The position numbers and the translations under genes were made by a program. The notes beneath the pieces are model-generated. The model had not been told where the DNA came from. It was given only the letters and a program-made list of their open reading frames with translations, and did no database searches. This document shows, one piece after another, positions 40,999-52,815 of a stretch of 64,000 nt of DNA; within the stretch, counting starts at the first letter, position 1; the number at the start of each line of letters is the position of its first letter. The stretch is from Octopus sinensis. Lineage: Eukaryota. The stretch spans positions 145,390,001 to 145,454,000 of the forward strand of contig NC_042997.1 in assembly GCF_006345805.1 (NCBI RefSeq). The letters run 5' to 3'.

Positions 40999-42622
40999 GG
41001 TACAGCGTTTGCTAGTTGAATTGTTGGTTTTCTGAGTAACACACGTGTTTTTTTCGGTTTTTTTGCTGTCTTAGCGGTGCGACGTTTTCCCTCTTGTTTA
41101 ATGGAGGGACGTCGGGTGAGGAGTGGCGAAAATTTGAATTGTTCTTCTTCAGACATTATGAACAATCCTTCTTCAGACTTTGTGTCGACTGAGGAAGAAA
41201 TGGTGCAGTGTTTGAAGAGGATAGATGAAGTGATGGAGACGAAAAATTAAGCAGAGGTGACGAAGGAAAGAAGCGAAGACGTACGGCTGGAGGATATAAG
41301 TAAATTCAAGGAAACGATTAATGGGGAGGGGAACGAAGGAAAAATGAGAAAACCATAATTACAGAACATACACGGGGTAGCTAGGGAAAAATTTTGGGAC
41401 AGTGCTGGTGCAGTTTCGGGAGGTAGTTACTGCCAGGCTACACTCAGTTACACCATTAAAAACAAAAGAAGTGGTGCTTCTAACCGTATACCTTGGAAGG
41501 CGTGCTTCCAGGGTTAGCGTAGAAGACATATCCCCAGAAGTGGATGTAGCCTGGCTGGTAGCTGCCATACTGCTAAGCATGAAAGAGAAGGTGGTGGTCC
41601 TCCAGGCTACCAGAACACTCCACAGGAACTGGCAAGGACAAAGCCTCGATATGGTAGTACATGTTGCCGTGGAAGATATCGAAAATATGGTAGAGACAAT
41701 CACGGTCGGAGACGCAACGCTGAAATTCAGAGTGGAAGGGAGGATTCCGCGGTGCTATAAATGTGGCCTAAAAGGCCTCAATAGAGCGGAATGTCTTGAA
41801 TACTAAAGAGAGACAAGAGAATGAGAAAGTAGCTAGTGCTCCACTACCCGTGTATGTTGAGGAAAAGGAGTGAGGCGGCAATACAGATAAAGACCAGTTT
41901 AGCGTCGAAGAGGAGATGGATAATGAATGGGAAAGAGCTGGGAAAAAGAGAATAAAGAGAAAAAGGCACATGCTGTAAAGAATGACCCATCCCACACCCA
42001 CCCAGCTCCCACCCATACCCTCTCTACCCCAACCACTCCCTACAGACACCGCTCTCTCCATGCCATACCTGACATAAACACAAGCACAAACACACAGGAG
42101 CCCCAAATTTCTCCACCCTCGCCCTTGGAAAACTATGTTATAATATACAGTGGAGACAATGAAGAATTGTATAACAAAATAAATTCGTGGGACAGTGTTA
42201 TAAAAGTGGGTGTATCAGGCGTGAAAGGGATACCCGAGTACCTTCTGTGTAGTGGCAGATCCAGAATATATATCAAGATTAAAGGACTTTGAAGAAAACC
42301 ATGACTATGAGTGTTGGATCAAGAAAGTGGACATCAGCTCAATGCTAAGCAAATAAGTATTTGTGATATTTTAAAGAAGCACAATGTAAACATCCTTCGG
42401 AGTATTTGATAATTAGCTGTCGCTAATAATTGTGTTATAAACTAGGTTTTAAAAAAATCTTGTATTAACAGGTTCAATGAAGTCACTCGGAGGTGGGAGC
42501 CGAACGGCTTCATTTCATTTTTCAATATATTTGATTCATCCGTTCTATTCGTTTTCTTTTTTTGTCCCCACCTTGTGCTGTCCCCTCTGTGTACGGCTTT
42601 CATAGCCAAATATCGTGAAATA
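40999..42622 (+). mobile_element. Tx1-like copy 2, ORF1-only, divergent subfamily
   Basis: 41402-41806 translates to VQFREV..ARL...VEDISPEVDVAWL...RVEGRIPRCYKCGLKGLNRAEC (degenerate knuckle); no ORF2; ends ...gaaata then the target repeat. Confidence 0.75.
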
Positions 42623-42975
42623 AAGAAGTTTGCTATTCAACCACATGGTTCTGAGTTCAGTCCCACTCTGTGACTACTTGGACAAATGTCATCTGCAATA
42701 GCCCCCGGGACGATTAAAGCCTTGAGTGAATTTGATAGACGGAGACTGAAAGAAGCCTGCTGGACAAAAATTCACAGGTTTTTCGTCACATGATAACCAC
42801 TTTTTTTTTTATTTTGCATCCCCCGCAACATTGACGGTTCGGCAAAAGATATCGATAGAATAATTAACAGACTATAAAGAAAAAGTACTGGGGTCGATTT
42901 GTTGGACTAAACCCTTCAAAATGGTGCTCCAGCATGGCCGTATTATAATGACTGAAACAAGCGAAAGATAAAAGA
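42623..42975 (+). mobile_element. SINE family B, downstream half of the copy split by Tx1 insertions (5' part 38990-39029)
   Basis: aagaagtttgctattcaaccacatggttctgagttcagtccc continues the SINE head interrupted at 39029. Confidence 0.85.
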
Positions 42976-43846
42976 TATAATTAAAGAGATTGTCTAAAGT
43001 GGGATACGACGTGTAATGTAAATATACACCTTATTTATTCGTGTATAAGGCGCACTATCTCATACTTGATTTTAGCTGAAAATCTTGATGCCACGGGTCA
43101 AAATAAAAACTATGAAAGGAAAATGATTTTTAACGAAGATTTAACACTAAATTAATGGTGCAATTTGTACAACAGTAAATATGGTATATAAAATAAAAGG
43201 ATGGCTTTATTGGAGAGAGCAGTTATATACAATAGTGTTTTGAACTACAGAAAATATATTTAATATCTGCAGAAGGTTCTCAAGGATTACGTGTCACAAC
43301 TGATAGTCAATAAAATGAAACTACAAACTGGGAGATGTGCTCTTCCAAATATATTATGCCACAAAATATATATTCTCATACAGAAAATATATAACGTGTC
43401 AACGATAAAGAGACTAAATTAAAACAATGGAATATAGTAAATGAAACAAACTAAAGCTAGTGCAATATACAATAGAATTGATGTTAAAAACAAGTTCTCC
43501 AGCAGCAATAGAAAGTATTCCTTTGGAGAGTTAAACACCAGAGTGTTTAAAATTCAAGGGTCCAGAATGTTCCATGTGGCTTCTAGGCACGAAATGAAAC
43601 TTGTCTTTTTGCTTGTCAACGCCCATCTAAAACTACCATAAATAATGAAGACTTTACAACAGAGCTCAAGAAAAATTAACTCTGGTCAACATTAATATAT
43701 ACAATGTTGTTAATCATTCGTATCTCACTTCAGTGTTACCAAATATAGTAACGACGGTTTTGTGCTTCGAACTTAAACATTCCAAGTTCGAATTTGAAGG
43801 AAGCTGTCTTCTACAGGTGTAGCTGCGTGGTAAGAAGGTTGCTTCC

Positions 43847-45289
43847 GTGCATGCGTCCGGTTATTTGCTGTTTGGATTTTGTAAGAGTCGGACGTAGTTT
43901 TTGTCTTGCTTAGAAGATGTACTCAGACCTTGACGGGTCTGAGTTGTCGGAGGAGGGGGAAGAGCTGGTAAGGGCGGTTATAAAGATGGACGAAGTGTTG
44001 AAGACAAGGAGTTTTGCTGAAGCCTCGGAGATGAAGCGAAGGGAGCTGGACTTGGCTGGTCTGAAGGAGTACGAGAAGATGGCTCAGAAGGTGGGCGGCA
44101 ACGTGAAGATTTCGCTCTCCAAAGGAATTATGGAAAGGATGGAGAAGAAAACGATCACCTATAAGGTGTACTTGTTGGAAGGAAAAAAGGCAGAACAGGT
44201 GGAAGCAGAAGTGGAAAAGGCGCTGAGGGGAACATACAAAGGAGATAACGTACATAACCAAAGGAAGAAGATATGGGACAATGGTCGTCCAATTTAGGAC
44301 AGTAGAGGAGGCGAGGAGGCTGGTGAGTGTGGTAGTGAAAACAGAGGAAGTAGTACTTCTGCCCACATACCTTGGAAGAAAGAGTTCCAAGGTGAGAGTA
44401 GAAGCAATTCCACCGGATATAGAAGTGGCTTGGATAGCGGCAGCTCACCTTTTTGGAAGCAAGGAGAAGGTAGCTGTCCTCCAAGCCACAGAAACAGAAG
44501 GAGGGTGGAAAGGAAGGACACTTGAAATAATTATCCAGGCGGAGGAGGGACAACTGGAGAACTTGGCAGAGACGATGACGTTGGGGCAAATCGTGCTGAG
44601 GGTGTAGGCAGAGGGCAGAGTACCTTGTTGTTTTCAATGTGGCCAAAAGGGCCACATTAGAACACACTGTCCTCTACAGAGGACAATGGCTGAGGATAGA
44701 GTTGTGGAGATGGAAGAGAAAAGAGAGGAAGAAAAGATAGACGGAGGAAAGGAGGAAAAGGAGGAAGAATGGAAAGTTACTGAAGGAGAAAGAGAAAAAA
44801 GAAAAAGCACTGAGTATGATGTGGTACCCCAGTCCAACTCCATCCCACCAAAAACCACTCAGACCCACCCTCCCCATACAGACACCAAACCCACCCACCC
44901 CATTTCCCCACAAGAAGAAAAAGAAAGAACAGACACTATAAAAATTTAGAAGACCCTCCCCCCGGTGAAAAAGGTTACGAATGCATGACCGAGAGAATGA
45001 TGTCACTAAGCGATAGAGAATAAGGAAAAAGGATTGGACTGAAGGAGTAAAAGGACTTAGGACCCAGAGGCGGCGAGTGATGTTACTCAGTGTGGGGTGA
45101 GTAGCACACTCTTCATGATATCATTTTCAGATATCATTCATATTATCATATTTTAATTTATTTTCATGTTCATTTCTGTGTCATTCATTATATCAAATTT
45201 TATTTTTAAATTTTTAATTGTTATATGTCCCCACATGTGTTGTAGTGTCCCCCTCTGTGTAATGTCTTTATGGCAATTTAAAAGAAATA
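43847..45289 (+). mobile_element. Tx1-like copy 3, ORF1-only
   Basis: ORF1 starts at 43917 (MYSDLDGSELSEE...), with one frameshift near 44245 and a stop at 44605; CX2CX4HX4C knuckle CFQCGQKGHIRTHC at 44629-44670; E/K-rich tail; 3'UTR; no ORF2. Confidence 0.85.
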
Positions 45290-45304
45290 AAGAAGCTTGC
45301 TCCC

Positions 45305-45921
45305 GCTCATGCGTCACACAGAGTGCATTTGGTTTGTCGTTTGTGTTTGTTTTTTGTTGCTTTGAGGCTAGAGATGATGTACTCAGACTTTAGCGAGTCT
45401 GAGTTGTCTTCAGCAGAGGAGGAGCTGGTAAGGGCGGTTATAAAGATAGGCGGAGTGTTAGAGAAGACAAGGAGTTTTGCTGAGGCCATGTAGATGAAGC
45501 GAAGTGAGTTGGACTTGGCTGGTCTGAAGTAGTATGAGAAGATGGTACAGAAGGTGGCAGGTGACGTTGAGATTGTCGTCCACCAAAGAAATTATGGAGC
45601 GGATGGCGAGAAAAACGATCACCTATAAGGTGTTCTCGTTAAAAGGAAAAAGTCTGAGCAGGTGGAAGCTGAAACGGAAAAGGCGCTAAGGGAGCGGTCA
45701 AAGGAAATAATATACATAACTAAAGGACGGAGATATGGGACAATGGTCGTCCAATTTAAGACAGTAGAGGAGGCGAGGAGACTGGCGAGTGTGGCGGTGA
45801 AAACACCCTCCTTCTTCCGTTTCTGTGGCTTGAAGGACAGCCACTTTCTCCTCACTTCCAACAAGGACAGATGCCGTCACCCAAGCCACTTCTATCTCAA
45901 GTGGGATTGCTTCTTTCCCTC
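45305..45921 (+). mobile_element. Tx1-like copy 4, ORF1 5' part followed by an inverted ORF1 piece (45802-45921)
   Basis: Closely similar to the copy 1 5' end; 45802-45921 reads on the minus strand as MAWVTASVLVGSEEKVAVLQATETEEG. Confidence 0.75.
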
Positions 45922-45923
45922 AC

Positions 45924-47547
45924 ATAGCTGGACTGATGGAGCTGTGTAAGATGACACAGAAGGTGGGCGGTGAGGTAAAGTTATTATCCCCGAAAAGGGT
46001 CATGGAAAATATGGAAAAGAAGATCATTACCTACAAGGTGTACTCAATGGAGAGTAGGAAAGTGGAGCGGATGGAGATGGAAAAAGTAGAAAACGCATTG
46101 AAGGGGCTTTCGAAGGAAGTGACATATATAGCGAAAGGAAATGGATATGGGACGGTGGTTGTCCAGTTTAGGTCAGTGGAGGAGGCAAAGAGGCTGGCGA
46201 GTACAACAGTAAGAACGGAGGAAGTAGTACTTCTGCACACGTACCTTCGAAGAAAGACTTCTATGGTGAGGGTAGAAGGAATTCCACCCGATATAGAAGT
46301 GGCTTGGGTTGCGGCAGCCGTCCTCGTTGGTAATGAGGAGGTGGCTGTCCTCCAAACCACAGAGACGGAGGAAGAAGGATATAAAAGAAAAACATTGGAA
46401 ATCATCATACAAGCGGAGGCGAAGCAACAGGAAAATTTGGCAGAGACGGTGACGTTGAGAGAAATAGTATTAAGAGTATGGGTAGAGGGCAGAGTTCCGC
46501 GATGCTTTAAATGTTGCCAAAAAGGCTACATTAGAGCTCACTGCCCTCCACAGAGGAAAACGACAGAAGAAGCGGTGCTGGAGACGGAGAAGAAAAAGGA
46601 AGAAGTACAGATAGATGGAAGGATAGATGAATGACAGAGAATAAAAGAAAAAACGAAAGAAGAGGAAGAACAGTCAGTGTGATGTGGGACCCCAGACCAA
46701 CTCCATCTCACCCAAGACCACTCAGACCCACCCTCTCCATACAGACAACAAACTCACCCACCCCCTTTTCCTACAGGAAAAAAAAGAAGAAAGAACAGAC
46801 ACAAAATTTAAAAAACCCCTCAACAGGTGAAAAAGTTTACGTGTACATGGAGGAGAGAGTGTTGTCACTCAGTGATGAGGAAAACGGTAAACGAAAGACT
46901 AGATCAAAGACTAAAGAGGACTCAGGACTCAGAGGTGGCGAGTGGTGTTACTCAGTGTGGGGTGAGTAACACACTTTTCATATTCTCATTTCTCAAGTTA
47001 TCATTCATGTATCATTATTTTAATATTTTGATTTTAATGTTTTTCATATGTCATTCATAGCATCATATTTTTATTTTGTTACTAGCAGTATCGCCCGGCG
47101 TTGCTCGGATTTGTAAGGGAAATAACTATATAAGCATTTTTAGAGAGTTATATCCCAAAAAATAGCAAAAAAATGCACTAAAAATGGAAAAAAAATGATG
47201 GTAATTTTTTTTTTAAATCGTTGACTCATCGTAGACATTTTTAGAGAATTACTTCCCTTATATAATAGAGAAAAAATGCATTAAAATGGAAAAAAAATGA
47301 TGGTAAATTATTTTTAAAATCGTAGACTCATCGTAGACGCGCGCTAATACCCAGAAGGGCTCGATATGAATCACGACTATAAGATACCCGCTTTTGGTTA
47401 CACTGCACCGCAAAATGTGGGAGTAGTTAGGAATCTAAATCGTAGGAGACAGACACACAACTTGACTTTTATATATAAAGATATGTCCCCACATGTGTTG
47501 TAGTGTCCCCCTCTATGTAATGCCTTTATGGCAATTTAAAAGAAATA
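45924..47547 (+). mobile_element. Tx1-like copy 5, 5'-truncated, ORF1-only
   Basis: Open 232-aa frame 45936-46634 with RVPRCFKCCQKGYIRAHCP; 3' end nearly identical to that of copy 3. Confidence 0.8.
47082..47481 (-). mobile_element. Non-autonomous Helitron nested in the 3'UTR of Tx1 copy 5
   Basis: Minus strand starts TCTTTATATAT and ends ccgagcaacgccgggcgatactgCTAG; inserted between A and T without a TSD (copy 3 shows the empty site ttgttatatgtcccc). Confidence 0.85.
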
Positions 47548-47925
47548 AATGCTTGCTATTCAACCACATGGTTCTGAGTTCAGTCTCACTGTGTGGCTAC
47601 TTGGACAAATCTCATCTGCAATAGCCCCGGGACGATCAAAGCTTGGAGTGAATTTGATAGACGGAAACTGAAAAAAGCCCGTTGTACAAAGATATATATG
47701 TGTGTGTGTGTGTGTGTGCGCGCGTATTTTTACGCGTTTGTCGTCACATGACAACCACTGTATTTATTTTTATTCTGTATCCCCCACAACTTAGCGGTTC
47801 GACAAAGGATATCGATAGAATAAGTAACAGATTATAAAGAAAAAGTACCGGGGGCGATTTGTTCGACTAAACCCTTCAAATGGTGCTCCACCATGGCCGT
47901 AGTGTAATGACTGAAGCAAGTAAAA
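47548..47925 (+). mobile_element. SINE family B, downstream half of the copy split in duplication unit 2 (5' part 43810-43846)
   Basis: gcttgctattcaaccacatgg... paralogous to 42623-42975. Confidence 0.85.
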
Positions 47926-48171
47926 TATATAATCAAAAAGATTGTCTAGGGTGGAATACGACGTGTAGTATAAATATATACCCTATTTATTCGTGTATAA
48001 GGCGCACTATGTAATACTTGAAGGGAAAAAGATTTTAACGAAGATTTAGCACAAAATTAATGGTGCAATTTATACAACAGTAAATATGGTATATAAAATA
48101 AAAAGATAGCTTTGCTGGAGAGAACAGTTATATACAATAGTGTTTTGAACTAAAAAAAAATAAATAATAAC

Positions 48172-48372
48172 TGCGCCCTTTTAAAGCCTGGCCAGGCTCA
48201 TGGGCCCGGTTTCCGGTTTTACTGGTGTATGTGTTCTCCAGCTGGACTGGACACCGGTCCATCGCAGCGTTACACATTTTTGCCAGCTGGGTGGACTGCA
48301 GTAACGTGAAATGAAGTGTCTTTCTCAAGAACATAACGCGTAGCCCGGTCCAGGAAACGAAACTACAATCTG
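48172..48372 (-). mobile_element. SINE family C variant
   Basis: CORE-like cttgagaaagacacttcatttcacgttac and tail gtaacgctgcgatggaccgg; absent from duplication unit 1. Confidence 0.65.
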
Positions 48373-49329
48373 GGAGTTTAAACCACAAACTGGGAGACTG
48401 TGCACTTCCGAATATATCATGCCACAAAATATACGATATTCTCATACAGTTTAGTTTGTAAACCAATGACAGCAGTAATTTCGAATAAACATGTTCTATG
48501 TAAAATATATTTAAAAACTTATATGCCTTCCAACAACAAATTGAATATAAGAAATATTTCGAGTATGTGTTAAAAGAAAATATATAACGTGTCAACAACA
48601 GAGACTAACTTAAAACAATGGAGTATAGTAAATGAAAACGAATTAAACTAGTACAATACAGTATTGCTGTTAAAGCACATCTACCAGTAACATAATCTCA
48701 GAAGACTAAGTGAGTAATATGCTGTACAAATTCATTTTGTATATAATAAAATTTCTAACGTCTTCATGTTGCATAAACATATTATTTTTCATTTTCAAGC
48801 CGAGATACGCTATATACGAAATTGTAGACAAACATCCCTTAAATTACATTCTACCACCTTAAAAACGGGAAGGCCACAATTATCATATAATGTATTGCTA
48901 GACAGGATTAAATTATCTTAAGTGAAAGAAAAAAAAAACAAAGACAGATGAGCTGGTTATGGATAGAAAACCTCTCATCCTCAGTCTGATCATGGTTAAC
49001 TAAGAACGAAACAACTGCAAAGAATTCAGTAAAATCGGTCGTTTCCAAAAGTGTTATTTATTTAACAAAAAATAAAAAATTACTACGATAGAAATAAACA
49101 TATTTTGTTAAAAATATTTTGTAAATATAGAAATTCTTGCTCTAAATTGATAAGCAGACAGAAGTAGATATCGATCTTGTATGGCAAGACATAAACGATA
49201 CACAGTAGGAGAAAAAAAAGTATTTTTTCAGATTTTTTTTGACATCTTTCTACCACAAAAGTAGTAGAAAGCTTCTCAATGAATACTCGAGAACTATGAG
49301 AAGACTCTAATTTAATTCAATACAATAAA

Positions 49330-49442
<113 letters not shown>

Positions 49443-49744
49443 CATGTATACACCCATATATATATTACATGTATACACATGTATACACACAGTATTCTGT
49501 GTAAAATTTATTACAAAACTTCAATTCTTTCCACATACATTACACACATACAGCATACATGTATATACATACAGTACATATTCGTGCATGTATAAATAAG
49601 CAAATTTGAAAAGCAAACATATGCATCGATTCATGCATGTATATGTGTGTTTGTGCATGTGTGCAATTCTTTGGCTGACTTTATATTATCAAATCGATCA
49701 TATTTGCTAACTAAATGAGTTAATAAGAAAAGCAATTTGCTGAT

Positions 49745-50336
49745 TTTAAATTTTGGCACAAGGCCAACAGTTTTGGGAGAGGGGCTAGTCGATTACATCG
49801 TCTCCCTCTGTGTTCAACTGGTACTTATTTTGTTCGACTTCGAAAGGATGAAAGGTAAAGTCGACCTCGGCGGAATTTGAACTCAGAGCATGTAGACCGA
49901 TGAAATGCTGCTCAACATTTTGCTCTGCGTGCTGACATTCTTATTTCTTTACTACCCACAAGGGGCTAAACAAGGACAAACAAACGGATTAAGTCGATTA
50001 TATCGACCCCAGTGGTACTTATTTAATCAATCCCGAAAGGATGAAAGGCAAAGTCAACCTCGGCGGAATTTGAATTCAGAACGTAGCGGCAGACGAAATA
50101 CCTATGTCTTTACTACCCACAAGGGGCTAAACACAGATGGGACAAACAAAGACAGACAAACGGATAAAGTCGATTATATCGACCCCAGTGCGTAACTGGT
50201 ACCTATTTAATCGACCCCAAAAGGATGAAAGGCAAAGTCGACCTCGGCGGAATTTGAACTCAGAAAGTAGCGGCAGACGAAATACCGATAAGCATTTCGC
50301 CCGGTGTACTAACGATTCGGCCAGCTCGCCGCCTTG
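49745..50336 (-). mobile_element. Stack of three SINE family A / A-variant units
   Basis: Head at 50336; tail-to-internal junction at 50102/50103; second tail at ~49950 joined to an A-variant body. Confidence 0.8.
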
Positions 50337-51147
50337 GAAAAGCGATATATATTAATGGCTGTAAGGTAATTGCTGGTGTTGTTGTTTAGCTCCAGGTCAG
50401 TCCTAAGCGAACTGACATATCATCAGAGGTATTCCAATAATGATCTCCCGCTTTTATTATTCAGGTGAAGTGCAGCCACGACTAAATTAACTAATGTGAC
50501 TTTTTTTTTTCTTAAATATGATTTCAGATATTTAGCTGCTACTTCCAGTAGATGCAGCTTCCATAGAAAAACAATATTTTTCATCCAACCAGCCCCGAGA
50601 CACTGCTGCACTGCTATTTGAACTTAACAATCACCTTGAAATTACAACATTTTTACCAGCAACGCCAGCGACTATAATACTCAACGACATGTATATACCA
50701 CAATCTGAACGAGCAGATCTTTGCATAGTTGTTCGATATGCTAGAAATAGTAGCCAGATCTTACTCGGCTTATAGCATGCGACTTTAAAAAGATAGAACA
50801 CGTCGGATAATGTCTTTGACGCGCTGTCTAAAATTGATGAGAAGGTCTTTGATCGTGGATTTGTACAATCAAAGCTGATCAGGAACCAAACAACAGCATA
50901 AGCACATTACACACGCAAGGAACAGATATTATTTGGAGATGCATATGACGCATTTACAACATTTATAGCATATATGGAAGACATAAGAAACAAAACAAGT
51001 CTAGACTTAAACATACTTAGGATGATAAAACAACATCATAAATCAATAGAACACGTAGGGAACATAGTAAAGAAGCAAAATGCCGAACAAAACACTAACA
51101 TCAGCATCCTCTTAGTGTACTTTGTATACTACACTAAGAGAATGATT

Positions 51148-51496
51148 GGATCTTTTCGGTTTGAACGGCAGTTTTTAACATAATTTCTAGGTAACTAAAA
51201 AAATTTAAACTTCGTATACTGGTAGAATGTGTTTATAAAACATCTTTTTCTCTTGGCTTTATTGAGAAAATTCTATAGTTTGTAAGATATTTGTTGTTTT
51301 TTCTTCAATTTCTGCAATTTCAACAAATCAGATACGTCCATTCACATTTGTGAAGAAAACAAGATACCCTTCCCCCCACCCCTAACCCTAACCTTAAAAC
51401 AGATTGAAATGTAATAGATCGATACTAGGGTCATAATTATGTGTGACAATTTCATGACACCGCTAGAAAAAACTGCCGTTCAAACCGAAAAGATCC
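51148..51496. mobile_element. MITE with 28-bp TIRs and an internal (CCCTAA)-like tract
   Basis: ggatcttttcggtttgaacggcagtttt / aaaactgccgttcaaaccgaaaagatcc. Confidence 0.85.
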
Positions 51497-51867
51497 GGAT
51501 GTTGGTGTACAAAGATTGTATTGTATTCATCATTGGATTATACTAACCATGTCTGGTTCTCATATCTCTATAACAAATCACAATAAACTACAAAGTTCAC
51601 AAAGCAACAAACCTCGCGCCATCGTAGGTGGTCAAAACAATGAAAAAGTGTCTTTGAAATGAAAGATCACCTGCACATACAAGGGTCACAGTTTGCCGCT
51701 ACAGCAAACTCCAACATCACAGTTCCTGCCAATACATGAAGAATCACCCTGAAACATTTACAGGCACTAATACAACAAACATCCTAAAGTTACTAAATTC
51801 TCTCAGTCATTCCAGAGACACAGTGACAACTCCAAGCATATCTCGATTTTATTTTAGCCTCCTTAGT

Positions 51868-52230
51868 TAGGCGGCGAGCTGGCAGAAACGTTAGCACGGC
51901 GGGCGAGATGCTTAGCGGTATTTCGTCTGCCGCTACGTTCTAAGTTCAAATTCCACCGAGGTCGACTTTGCCTTTCATCCTTTCGGAGTCGATTGAATGA
52001 GTATCAGTTACGCACTGGGGTCGATGTAATCGATTTAATCCGTTTGTCTTCCTTGTTTGTTCTCTCTGTGTTTAGCCCCTTGTAGGTAGTAAAGAAATAG
52101 GTATTTCGTCTGTCTTTACGTTCTGAGTTCAGATTCCGCCGAGGTTGACTTTGCCTTTCATCGTTTCGGGATCAATAAAATTAATACCAGTTACGCACTG
52201 GGGTAGATGTAATCGACTTAATCCCTTCCT
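51868..52230 (+). mobile_element. SINE family A tandem (full copy plus headless variant unit)
   Basis: aaagaaata|ggtatttcgtctg junction at 52099/52100. Confidence 0.85.
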
Positions 52231-52489
52231 CCAAAAACTGAAAACTTGTACTTCCACTAGAGAGGATTTTAACCTCCTTAGTGAAGGATAGTCATTCAAG
52301 TGTCTGCCATCGAATAATAACCACCAATCCATCTTGCACGTAGTCTTAAACGCCCATTGTTTCCAGTGTATCCTTTCTTTTTTTAAGAAAATAGAGTGAC
52401 TTGGGGGAGATTTAGCTCCTATTTCTAGCTGATCTACTTACCAAGTAGACGCGACTCAATGGCTCGTATTGGTATATGTATTTATAACT

Positions 52490-52815
52490 GACACTCCATC
52501 GGTTACGACGACGAGGGTTCCAGTTGATCCGATCAACGGAACAGCCTGTTCGTGAAATAAATGTGCAAGTAGCTGAGCACTCCAGGGATACATGTACCCT
52601 TAACGTAGTTAGTTCTCGGGGAGATTCAGCGTGATACAGAATGTAACATGGCTGGCCCCTTAAAATACAGGTGCTACTCATTTTTGCCAGCTGAATGAAC
52701 TGGAGTAACGTGAAATAAAATGTTTTGCTCAAGGACACAACGCGCGGTCGATAATTGAACTCACGACCTTGTGATCATGAGCCGAGCACCCTAACCACTA
52801 AGCCACGCTCCTTCA
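52490..52815 (-). mobile_element. SINE family C, full length
   Basis: Similar along its length to 25045-25370. Confidence 0.85.

Larger units (their letters stand above)
38700..48690. repeat. Old tandem segmental duplication, units ~38700-43500 and ~43570-48690
   Basis: Unique flanks align: 38810-39030 with 43645-43846, and 42620-43480 with 47545-48670 (the second unit has extra insertions). Confidence 0.85.

Noticed and set aside
45936-46634. 232-aa ORF as a domesticated host gene
   Set aside because: It is 5'-truncated, the knuckle His is replaced by Tyr, and it sits inside a retroelement copy; no evidence of domestication.
39016-47570. Direct repeats separated by unique segments (CRISPR-like or LTR-like reading)
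   Set aside because: The spacers are kb-sized homologous retroelements and the repeats are target duplications; there are no cas genes, LTRs or PBS.
50950-51840. A-rich, low-T plus-strand stretch resembling decayed PLE coding sequence around the MITE
   Set aside because: No diagnostic motif was recovered.
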